This document shows positions 18,873 through 26,485 of a stretch of 64,000 bases of DNA, piece by piece. The first letter of the stretch is position 1. Every line of letters begins with the position of its first letter. The notes under the pieces are model-generated. The model saw only the letters and a program-made list of their open reading frames with translations. It had not been told where the DNA came from and did not search any database. Source of the stretch: Eubacteriales bacterium (GTDB lineage Bacteria; Bacillota; Clostridia; Oscillospirales; CAG-382); assembly GCA_045577455.1 (NCBI GenBank), contig JAZNIJ010000239.1:9886-73885 (forward strand). Direction: 5' to 3'. The translations under genes and the position numbers were made by a program.

Positions 18873-18938
18873 TTTAATTCTCCTGATTGTATCCATAAAA
18901 TCGCATTAAGTATTAAAAAAGTTTAGCATGGTGAGTTT

Positions 18939-19478
18939 TTATGATGATTCTTCGAATGAATAAATCGTTGGTTTAATGGAAGAATAAACCATTGGTTTAA
19001 TGTGAGAAACGGATATTGTAAGATGTGAATTGCTATAGTTGTATTGAATGAATATCAAGCGGTTATTGTGTTTGTATAATCCGTTTGAATGCGGTGTTCC
19101 TATGCTTTCATTGAGGATAGAAACATATTCATCATATGCCGATGAAGAAACATCTTTCACAACGATTTCGCAAAATGTTTCTTTTTCGGAAATTTTATAA
19201 ATGTATCCGTTTGTTATGGGAGGTATGCCTTCCATTATACTGTTTTTCGGCCATGACAACTCGTTTCCGCCCATTATGGCATCCTTGGCATCGTCAACAG
19301 CATCGTTGAGAGCATCTTTTCCAACCTCGTCCCACGCTTTTTCGGCTTTATCCGTTATGCTGTCTAAATCAACATCCTCTAAAAATGGTAGTTTGTTTAT
19401 TGCCCCTTTAATTGCGGAGCAGCCAGAAAAAACGATGCATATCAAAATGACACCAAAAATGGAAAGTGTTCTTTTCAT
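18939..19478 (-). CDS. Lipoprotein of unknown function.
   Basis: MKRTLSIFGVILICIVFSGCSA lipobox. 179 aa. It lies upstream of, and co-oriented with, the surface protein gene. Confidence 0.55.
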   Translation of the reverse strand: MKRTLSIFGVILICIVFSGCSAIKGAINKLPFLEDVDLDSITDKAEKAWDEVGKDALNDAVDDAKDAIMGGNELSWPKNSIMEGIPPITNGYIYKISEKETFCEIVVKDVSSSAYDEYVSILNESIGTPHSNGLYKHNNRLIFIQYNYSNSHLTISVSHIKPMVYSSIKPTIYSFEESS

Positions 19479-19533
19479 ATGTTATCTCCTGAAAAAACCA
19501 AAACAAATTTTTATAAAAAAACTTGTATCAATA

Positions 19534-19562
19534 TTGACTTTGTATAAAAAGTTTGATATAAT
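19534..19562 (+). promoter_or_regulatory. Consensus-like sigma-A promoter (TTGACT-17-TATAAT).
   Basis: TTGACT at 19534-19539, a 17-nt spacer, TATAAT at 19557-19562. Confidence 0.45.
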
Positions 19563-19580
19563 AAGAAACAGTGAGGGGTA

Positions 19581-19685
19581 ATGTGTAAAAAAATTACCAT
19601 AATCACCTTGCTTTTAATTATACACATTTCAAACAAAAAATCAAGCCCATATTTTTTATGGTTAAAATTGCATATTGCTAAATAG
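19581..19685 (+). CDS. Candidate small ORF encoding a 34-aa hydrophobic peptide (MCKKITIITLLLIIHISNKKSSPYFLWLKLHIAK).
   Basis: ATG at 19581 preceded by GTGAGGGG. It starts 19 nt after the promoter -10. One predicted TM-like segment. Below the size cutoff of the ORF track. Confidence 0.3.
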   Translation: MCKKITIITLLLIIHISNKKSSPYFLWLKLHIAK

Positions 19686-19726
19686 CAGTTTGGGCCGTGA
19701 ATTCGGGGTATTTTTGGAGGTTTTTT

Positions 19727-20176
19727 ATGAGCGATATACCACTTAAAGAGATAATTGACGCTGCATTGAGCAAAATAGGTACTGTTGCCGATGTTAATAC
19801 CGTTATTGGCGAGCCAATGACTCTTTCTGGAGGTATAACCGTTATACCATATTCAAAGGTAAGTGTTGGCTTTGCAAGTGGTGGAGCAGATTATACAGGT
19901 AAGAAAACTTCTGAAAAAAAGAATTTTGTCGGGGGAAATGGCGCAGGCGTTACTGTTGAGCCATTGGGATTTATTATTATCACAGGTGATAGAATTGAAA
20001 CTGTTGATATTCAGCATCCTGCACCTGCACCTGCACCATCGGGAGTTGTTAAGGTAATGGATACCGTTAATGAATTAACTGATAAAGCACCCGCATTGAT
20101 TGAAAAAATTAAAGATATCTTTGCAAAGAAAAAAGAGACTTCCACTGAAGATTTGAGTAATAGCCCCAATACTTAG
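19727..20176 (+). CDS. ytfJ: Sporulation protein YtfJ (GerW family).
   Basis: MSDIPLKEIIDAALSKIGTVADVNTVIGEPMTLSGGITVIPYSKVSVGFASGGADY.. is the characteristic YtfJ/GerW core. GGAGG ribosome-binding site 8 nt upstream. Confidence 0.7.
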   Translation: MSDIPLKEIIDAALSKIGTVADVNTVIGEPMTLSGGITVIPYSKVSVGFASGGADYTGKKTSEKKNFVGGNGAGVTVEPLGFIIITGDRIETVDIQHPAPAPAPSGVVKVMDTVNELTDKAPALIEKIKDIFAKKKETSTEDLSNSPNT

Positions 20177-20334
20177 GGCGAATCAGACGGAAAATAGTAT
20201 ATTAACAAACGACTGCTTTATGTTTATTCCTGAATTTGAAATAGGGAATATTGATAAACTATTTGAAAGTATGTAAAATATTCAAAGAAAATGTGAGAAG
20301 TAAATTGAATTAAAAAACTATTCATTTAAACATC

Positions 20335-20363
20335 TTGCATTTTTCTTAAAATTGTCGTACAAT
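20335..20363 (+). promoter_or_regulatory. Putative promoter of the hydrogenase operon (TTGCAT-17-TACAAT).
   Basis: TTGCAT at 20335-20340, a 17-nt spacer, TACAAT at 20358-20363. It is followed by a structured leader of about 210 nt. Confidence 0.4.
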
Positions 20364-20575
20364 ATTAAGCAGAGTGTGAGATGTTTGTCTGCCTGCAAAT
20401 GTTTTGCAAACTTTATGCTTCATTTATCTTTATTGCAGGCTGTTTAATAAAGCATAAGCAAAAATCTCTTTCATGCTTACTATTTAGAAAATGAAAAAGT
20501 ATCGGCAGATATATCCGTTGATTGATTTTGCGGAGATATTATGACGAAGGACAATAAAACATTAAGGAGGAGCAT

Positions 20576-21064
20576 ATGGCTCATATCACCGAAAGCGGCG
20601 TAAAGAAAATCCGTGAGATCTGCGGAAGATATGCCGGAGAAAAAACACCTCTTATGGCGATTCTTAGCGACATTCAAAAGGAATATGGATATATTCCACT
20701 CGATGTTCAGAAAATCGTTTCCGAAGAAACGGGTCTCTCTGTTGCAGAGATTTACGGCGTTGTTACTTTCTATTCTTACTTTTCTCTTGAACCAAAGGGA
20801 AAATACGTTATTGGCGTTTGCCTTGGCACAGCTTGCTATGTTAAGGGGGCACAACAGATTATTGACAAGTTTTCCGAAATCCTTGGAATTGCTCCTGGTG
20901 GAACAACTTCCGACGGACTTTTCACTATCGATGCACTTCGTTGCATAGGCGCCTGCGGTATCGCTCCTGCGGTTACTATTAACGGCAAGGTTTATCCAAA
21001 GCTCACAGTTGACCAGGTTGCTGTTATTGTGAACGAATACAAAGCTATGGGAGGTGCACAGTAA
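20576..21064 (+). CDS. hydC: [FeFe]-hydrogenase NuoE-like [2Fe-2S] subunit (HydC / gamma).
   Basis: 162 aa. Thioredoxin-like [2Fe-2S] motifs CLGTACYVKG ... CIGACGIAP, a NuoE/HoxE-family layout. AAGGAGGAG ribosome-binding site. Confidence 0.85.
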   Translation: MAHITESGVKKIREICGRYAGEKTPLMAILSDIQKEYGYIPLDVQKIVSEETGLSVAEIYGVVTFYSYFSLEPKGKYVIGVCLGTACYVKGAQQIIDKFSEILGIAPGGTTSDGLFTIDALRCIGACGIAPAVTINGKVYPKLTVDQVAVIVNEYKAMGGAQ

Positions 21065-22947
21065 TGATTAGAAATTTTGACGAATTAAATGTTAAAATTG
21101 AAGAATGTACCAAAAAATTTGCAAGCAAAATTGAAGGTAAGGATTCCAAGAGAGCTATTGTTCTTTGCGGTGGTACAGGTTGTATCTCCTCAAATTCATT
21201 GGAAATCAAAGCAAAAATCGAAACTGTTCTCGCCGAAAAAGGTCTCACAGAAAAAGTTAGCGTGAATATCGTTGGCTGTTTCGGATTTTGCTCACAAGGT
21301 CCTTTCGTTAAAATTTATCCCGAAGATACTCTCTACCGTCTTGTAAAGATTGAAGATGTTGAAGAAATTATCGAAAAGGATATCATTGGCGGTGAAGTTG
21401 TTGAAAGACTTCTTTTCGTGGAGCCAGGCACGGGCGAAAAGGTTGCAAAACAGGAAAATATTAACTTCTATAAAAAACAGCATCGTGTTGCTCTCGATGC
21501 TTGCGGTGTTATTAACCCCGAATGTATTGACGAAGCATTGGGCTACGGTGCATTCAGCGGTCTTAAACGCGCACTTCAGATGAAGCCCCAAGAAGTTATT
21601 GATGAAATTTTAGCTTCAGGTCTTAGAGGCAGAGGCGGCGGTGGATTCCCAACAGGAAGAAAATGGCAGTTTGCTTTTGCACAGCAGAATGACGAAAAAT
21701 ATGTTGTTTGTAACGGTGATGAAGGTGACCCAGGTGCATTTATGGACCGTTCAATCCTTGAAGGTAACCCACTCGCAGTTATTGAAGGTATGATGATTGC
21801 AGGTTATGCTATCGGAGCAAGTAACGGATATTTCTATGTAAGAGCTGAATATCCTATTGCTGTAAGCAGACTTCGTCTTGCTGCAAAACAGGCAAAAGAA
21901 ATCGGACTTTTGGGCGAAAACATATTAGGCACCGGCTTTAACTTTGATGTTCATATCGTTCTTGGTGCAGGTGCTTTCGTTTGCGGTGAAGAAACAGCAC
22001 TTCTTAACTCCATAGAAGGCAAACGTGGTATGCCTCGTCCTCGTCCACCATTCCCTGCAATAAAGGGTCTTTGGGGCAAACCAACAATAGTTAACAATGT
22101 TGAAACACTCGCTTGCGTTCCTTACATTCTTCGTGAAGGTTCTGCTGAATTTGCAAAGTGTGGAACAGAAAAATCCAAGGGAACAAAAGTTTTCGCATTG
22201 GGCGGAAAAGTTAATAATGTTGGTCTCGTTGAAATTCCAATGGGAACAACTCTCCGTGAACTTATTTACGATATAGGTGGCGGTATTCCAAACGATAAAG
22301 AATTTAAAGCAATTCAGACTGGTGGGCCTTCAGGCGGATGTCTTCCTAAGGCATATCTTGATGAACCTATCGACTTTGACAACCTTGTTGCGAAGGGTTC
22401 AATGATGGGCTCCGGCGGTGCTATCGTTATGGATGAAGATAACTGTATGGTTGATGTTGCTAAATTCTATATTGAATTTATCTGCGACGAATCTTGCGGT
22501 AAATGCTCACCTTGCCGTATCGGTACAAAGAGAATGCTTGAAATACTTACAAGAATCACTGAAGGCAACGGAACAATGGCAGACCTTGACGAGCTTGAAG
22601 AATTGGGTAACACTCTCAAGGCAAACTCGCTCTGCGCTCTTGGTCAGACAGCTGCTAACCCAATTATTTCAACTCTTAAACATTTCAGACATGAATACGA
22701 GGCACATATTCTCAATAAACAGTGTCCCGCAAAAGTTTGTAAAAACCTTATGCAGTATGTTATCGTTAAGGATAAATGTTTCGGTTGCGGAATGTGTAGC
22801 AAGGCATGTCCTGCCGATGCAATATATAAAACAGATTATGTTGCTCCCGGCAAGAAGCTTCCAGCTCTTGCAATTGACCCTGCAAAGTGCGTAAAATGCG
22901 GTGCTTGCGTTGCAACTTGTAAGTTTAAGGCAATTATTAAAGAATAG
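21064..22947 (+). CDS. hydB: [FeFe]-hydrogenase NuoF-like NAD(P)H-binding flavoprotein subunit (HydB / beta).
   Basis: 627 aa. N-terminal [2Fe-2S] thioredoxin-like domain (CGGTGCISS..CFGFCSQGP). NuoF core with the FMN/NADH motifs (GRGGGGFPTGRKW, GDEGDPGAF). [4Fe-4S] SLCALGQ. Two C-terminal ferredoxin CxxCxxCxxxCP motifs. TAATG overlap with hydC. Confidence 0.9.
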   Translation: MIRNFDELNVKIEECTKKFASKIEGKDSKRAIVLCGGTGCISSNSLEIKAKIETVLAEKGLTEKVSVNIVGCFGFCSQGPFVKIYPEDTLYRLVKIEDVEEIIEKDIIGGEVVERLLFVEPGTGEKVAKQENINFYKKQHRVALDACGVINPECIDEALGYGAFSGLKRALQMKPQEVIDEILASGLRGRGGGGFPTGRKWQFAFAQQNDEKYVVCNGDEGDPGAFMDRSILEGNPLAVIEGMMIAGYAIGASNGYFYVRAEYPIAVSRLRLAAKQAKEIGLLGENILGTGFNFDVHIVLGAGAFVCGEETALLNSIEGKRGMPRPRPPFPAIKGLWGKPTIVNNVETLACVPYILREGSAEFAKCGTEKSKGTKVFALGGKVNNVGLVEIPMGTTLRELIYDIGGGIPNDKEFKAIQTGGPSGGCLPKAYLDEPIDFDNLVAKGSMMGSGGAIVMDEDNCMVDVAKFYIEFICDESCGKCSPCRIGTKRMLEILTRITEGNGTMADLDELEELGNTLKANSLCALGQTAANPIISTLKHFRHEYEAHILNKQCPAKVCKNLMQYVIVKDKCFGCGMCSKACPADAIYKTDYVAPGKKLPALAIDPAKCVKCGACVATCKFKAIIKE

Positions 22948-22965
22948 TAGGGAGGACTAATAAAT

Positions 22966-24732
22966 ATGGCATTGATTAACATTAAAATTGAAGGTGTCCC
23001 CTATCAGGTAGAAGAAGGTTTAACAATTCTTGAGGCAGCAAGAATATGCGGATACGAAATCCCATCTCTTTGTGCATTCAACCATGGAGAATGCTCCAAC
23101 GGTTCTTGCCGTGTATGCCTTGTAGAAGCAACAGGTGCAAGAGGTCTTGTTGCATCTTGCGTATATCCTGTAAATGAAGGTATGGAAATCAAAATTTCCA
23201 CTCCTGCAGCTGTTGCCGCTCGTCGTGCATCAGTTGAGCTTCTTCTTTCAAACCATAATGTAAACTGTCAGCAATGCGAAAAGAACGGAAAATGCGAACT
23301 TCTTCATGTTGCTAATATTACAGGTGCAAGAGAGGGTAAATTCATTGGCGAAAAACTCGCCGCATCTTATGATGACCTCACACCTTCTATTGTTCGTGAT
23401 ACTTCAAAATGTATACTTTGTGGCCGTTGTGTAGAAAGATGTAAAAATGCTCACGGTCTTGGTATCCTCGGATTTGAAAACAGAGGTTTCAAAACAATTG
23501 TTGGCCCTGCAGAAAACCGTTCATTTGCAAATTCTCCATGTATACTTTGTGGTCAGTGCGTAAGCGTATGTCCAACAGGTGCATTGATGGAAAAATCAGA
23601 AATTGCAAAAGTTGATGCTGCGATGAAATCAGGTAAACATGTTATTGTTCAAACAGCTCCTGCAGTTCGTGCCGCATTGGGCGAAGAATTTGGACTTCCT
23701 GTTGGTACAGCAGTGACAGGTAAAATGGTTGCAGCTCTCAAGAGATTGGGATTTGCAAAGGTTTATGATACAAACTTTGCTGCTGACCTTACAATTATGG
23801 AAGAAGGAACAGAGCTTCTTGACAGAATTCAAAATGGCGGTAAGCTCCCAATGATAACTTCTTGTTCACCAGGTTGGGTTAACTTCGCAGAATATAACTA
23901 TGGAGACCTTCTCGAACACCTTTCTTCCTGTAAATCACCTCACCAGATGTTGGGTGCAATAGTTAAGTCTTATTATGCAGAAAAGAAGGGTATTGACCCT
24001 AAAGACATTTTCGTTGTTTCCGTAATGCCTTGTACAGCTAAGAAATACGAAAAAGAGAGAGAACAGCTTAAGGTTAATGATATTCCTGATGTTGATGCAG
24101 TTCTCACAACGAGAGAGCTTGCTAAGATGATTAAACGCGCAGGTATCATGTTCACAAAACTCCCCGATGAAGAATTCGATGCAGACCTTTTGGGTGACTA
24201 TACAGGCGCAGGCGTTATCTTTGGTGTTACAGGCGGTGTTATGGAAGCTGCTCTCCGTACAGTATATTATGTACTCACAGGTAAAGAACATGAGTTGATT
24301 AAATTTGAAGCAGTAAGAGGCTTTGAAGGAATTCGTGAAGCAAGCATAGATGTTAACGGAACAACAATCAATGTTGCAATTGCTCACGGAATGAAGAATG
24401 CCAAAGTTCTTCTTGATGAAATCAGAGCAGGCAAATCCAAGTATCATTTCATCGAAATTATGGGTTGCCCGGGTGGATGTATTGCAGGCGGCGGTCAGCC
24501 AATTGTTCGTGCTTGCTTCCTTCCAAATGAAGACCATGATATTATGGATACCTATAAGGAAAAGAGAGCAAAAGCACTCTATAGTGAAGATGAAAGACTT
24601 GTTCTTCGTCAATCTCACAACAATCCACAGATTAAAGCATTGTATGATGAGTATCTTGGTAAGCCCAATTCTCATAAAGCACACGAGCTTCTTCATACAA
24701 CCTATTCTGCAAAGATTGGTTTTAATGACTAA
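22966..24732 (+). CDS. hydA: [FeFe]-hydrogenase catalytic subunit HydA (M3-type, CpI-like architecture).
   Basis: 588 aa. N-terminal plant-type [2Fe-2S], a His-ligated [4Fe-4S] (HNVNCQQCEKNGKC), and two ferredoxin-like clusters. H-domain motifs L2 MPCTAKKYE and L3 EIMGCPGGCIAGGGQP. L1 reads TSCSPGW instead of TSCCPxW. GGGAGG ribosome-binding site. Confidence 0.9.
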   Translation: MALINIKIEGVPYQVEEGLTILEAARICGYEIPSLCAFNHGECSNGSCRVCLVEATGARGLVASCVYPVNEGMEIKISTPAAVAARRASVELLLSNHNVNCQQCEKNGKCELLHVANITGAREGKFIGEKLAASYDDLTPSIVRDTSKCILCGRCVERCKNAHGLGILGFENRGFKTIVGPAENRSFANSPCILCGQCVSVCPTGALMEKSEIAKVDAAMKSGKHVIVQTAPAVRAALGEEFGLPVGTAVTGKMVAALKRLGFAKVYDTNFAADLTIMEEGTELLDRIQNGGKLPMITSCSPGWVNFAEYNYGDLLEHLSSCKSPHQMLGAIVKSYYAEKKGIDPKDIFVVSVMPCTAKKYEKEREQLKVNDIPDVDAVLTTRELAKMIKRAGIMFTKLPDEEFDADLLGDYTGAGVIFGVTGGVMEAALRTVYYVLTGKEHELIKFEAVRGFEGIREASIDVNGTTINVAIAHGMKNAKVLLDEIRAGKSKYHFIEIMGCPGGCIAGGGQPIVRACFLPNEDHDIMDTYKEKRAKALYSEDERLVLRQSHNNPQIKALYDEYLGKPNSHKAHELLHTTYSAKIGFND

Positions 24733-24750
24733 TTTAAAAATTCATTAGTA

Positions 24751-24786
24751 ATCTTAAGAGCTACCTATTTCGGTAGCTCTTTTTTA
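24751..24786. terminator. Intrinsic terminator after hydA (AGAGCTACC-TATTTC-GGTAGCTCT + TTTTTT).
   Basis: A perfect 9-bp stem followed by a T-run. Confidence 0.6.
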
Positions 24787-24837
24787 TATCAAGTTTTTTA
24801 AAAAAGCAAAATTGCTTTTTTCTTTACTATCCAATAA

Positions 24838-24873
24838 AAATGAGCTACCTATTTCAGTAGCTCTTTTGGATTT
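24838..24873. terminator. Second, near-identical copy of the hydA terminator hairpin (GAGCTACC-TATTTC-AGTAGCTC + TTTTGG). It may act bidirectionally for the convergent SGNH gene.
   Basis: The same stem sequence as at 24751 with one substitution. It lies 87 bp downstream. An AAAAGCAA-AA-TTGCTTTT palindrome sits between the two copies (24797-24818). Confidence 0.45.
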
Positions 24874-24921
24874 TATTATAATGTTTTGAGAATGAATTTT
24901 AATTGTATGGATTTTTTTATA

Positions 24922-25590
24922 CTATGTGTTCACTTTATCTGCGAATGCTTTTAAATATTTTGTTATATTTTCGTCAAGAGAGCTTTCAAAGTATATATCT
25001 GAAGTTTTCATTTTGAAAATTGAAGAAAATAAAACTAAAGCTGCAAGAGTGCTACCTTCCAGGGAAGGGTGGAAAAGGTCAGGATTATAGAGGTTGATGT
25101 CAGAATTGGTGTGAACATCAAGGAAAGCGTCTCCAACGGGAGAAACATTGATATCAAGAAGCTCTGCCGCTTTTACATATCCTTCTTTTAGTTTTGAAGC
25201 CATAACAGATGTTGAACCTCCGCAGTCGGGCAATAAATTGTGTCCTTCCTTATATCCCCACGTCTGATAAAGAAAAACTTCTGCGCCTTTTTCTTTTGCC
25301 TTAGCAACGAGGTTTTTAGCACCTGAGTAGAAGATATCAAAGTTTGTAACAGGGGTTCTGCTTTGCTCTTGAAGTATAACAATATCAAAAGGAGCGTTTT
25401 CTAATTCATATAATACCTGTTTACCGTATTCATTTTCCGGGTCGGCAAATTGTGAAAGGCGATATCCACCGCAGGTTATTGACTTAAGTGAAACGGAAAT
25501 ATTCGTGGCATCACAAATTTTTTGGAAAATAGAAAATGGCATATCATTAAAATATGTAAAGCTGTTGCCGATAAAAAGTATATTTTTCAT
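24922..25590 (-). CDS. SGNH/GDSL-like hydrolase family protein.
   Basis: MKNILFIGNSFTYFNDMP.. gives the GNSF(T) block-I motif. 222 aa. No signal peptide. Confidence 0.55.
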   Translation of the reverse strand: MKNILFIGNSFTYFNDMPFSIFQKICDATNISVSLKSITCGGYRLSQFADPENEYGKQVLYELENAPFDIVILQEQSRTPVTNFDIFYSGAKNLVAKAKEKGAEVFLYQTWGYKEGHNLLPDCGGSTSVMASKLKEGYVKAAELLDINVSPVGDAFLDVHTNSDINLYNPDLFHPSLEGSTLAALVLFSSIFKMKTSDIYFESSLDENITKYLKAFADKVNT

Positions 25591-25752
25591 AAAACCACCT
25601 CTTGCTTTTTTAAAATAATAACATATTTGAGAAAAAAATCAAGATATATTTATTTTTTTAATAAAACAATTTTTTAAATGTGGCAATAAAATTTAAAAAA
25701 AATATTGACTTTATGGGGTGTTTTGGTATATAATCAAATATATATAGGGGGA

Positions 25753-26478
25753 ATGGATGTGCAAGAAATTAAACTAATAAGAATACAAAAATATCTGTCC
25801 GATATGGGGATAATGTCTCGACGTGCGGCAGAAAAAGAAATTGAAAAAGGCAACGTTACTGTTAATGGAATTAGAGCGAATGTTGGGGATAAAATTGACC
25901 CTGCAAATGATGCATTGCTCCTTAATGGAAAGCCAATTGCTGAGCAAAATAAGAAATATTATGTTCTTTTGAATAAACCTGCTGGATATATCACATCCAT
26001 GAGCGATGAATTTGGCAGAAAAACCGTTAATGATTTATTAAAGGATATTCCTTGTCGCGTTTATCCTGCGGGTAGATTGGATGCTTCTTCCGAAGGAGCT
26101 CTTATTTGTACGAATGACGGCGATTTTGCTAACCGTGTTATTCATCCGTCAAACAGCCATGAAAAGGTTTATCATGTTTATGCAGAGGGCAGAGTTGCCA
26201 AAGAGAAGCTCCATTTGCTTTCAGAGCTTCGCAGAATAGACAATGTAAAAATTGCTCCTGTTGGAGTTAAGCAGCTTAGAGCTTATCCAACTCACACAAT
26301 AATAGAATTCCGTCTTACGGAGGGAAAAAACCGTCAGATAAGGCGCATGTGTGAGATTGCTGAAATAAAAATAATGCAGTTGAAAAGGATATCTGTTGGT
26401 GCCGTTCACCTTGGTGATTTATCTTCGGGCTCATGGAGACCTCTAACATCTGCAGAAATTAAATCGTTTGGAAAATAA
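25753..26478 (+). CDS. rRNA pseudouridine synthase (RsuA/RluB family).
   Basis: The start ATG at 25753 follows AGGGGGA. N-terminal S4 domain (LIRIQKYLSDMGIMSRRAAEKEIEKGNVTVNG). Catalytic motif YPAGRLDASSEGALICTNDG. C-terminal NRQIRRM. Confidence 0.8.
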   Translation: MDVQEIKLIRIQKYLSDMGIMSRRAAEKEIEKGNVTVNGIRANVGDKIDPANDALLLNGKPIAEQNKKYYVLLNKPAGYITSMSDEFGRKTVNDLLKDIPCRVYPAGRLDASSEGALICTNDGDFANRVIHPSNSHEKVYHVYAEGRVAKEKLHLLSELRRIDNVKIAPVGVKQLRAYPTHTIIEFRLTEGKNRQIRRMCEIAEIKIMQLKRISVGAVHLGDLSSGSWRPLTSAEIKSFGK

Positions 26479-26485
26479 TTGAGAT

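Noticed and set aside
20364-20575. A Rex operator in the hydrogenase leader.
   Set aside because: The closest match (CTGTTTAATAAAGCA) does not fit the TTGTGAA-N6-TTCACAA consensus well enough to call. It is kept only as a hypothesis inside the structured-leader finding.
23935-24696. A 253-aa minus-strand ORF lying entirely antisense to hydA. Similar long antisense ORFs occur at 39240-39776 inside the SIS gene, 57504-57992 inside ileS, 29995-30492 inside the MORN gene and 46958-47404 inside secA.
   Set aside because: The translations are low-complexity Phe/Asn/Cys/Ile-rich products typical of the reverse frame of AT-rich genes. Each is fully embedded in a strongly supported conserved gene on the other strand, and none has a ribosome-binding site.
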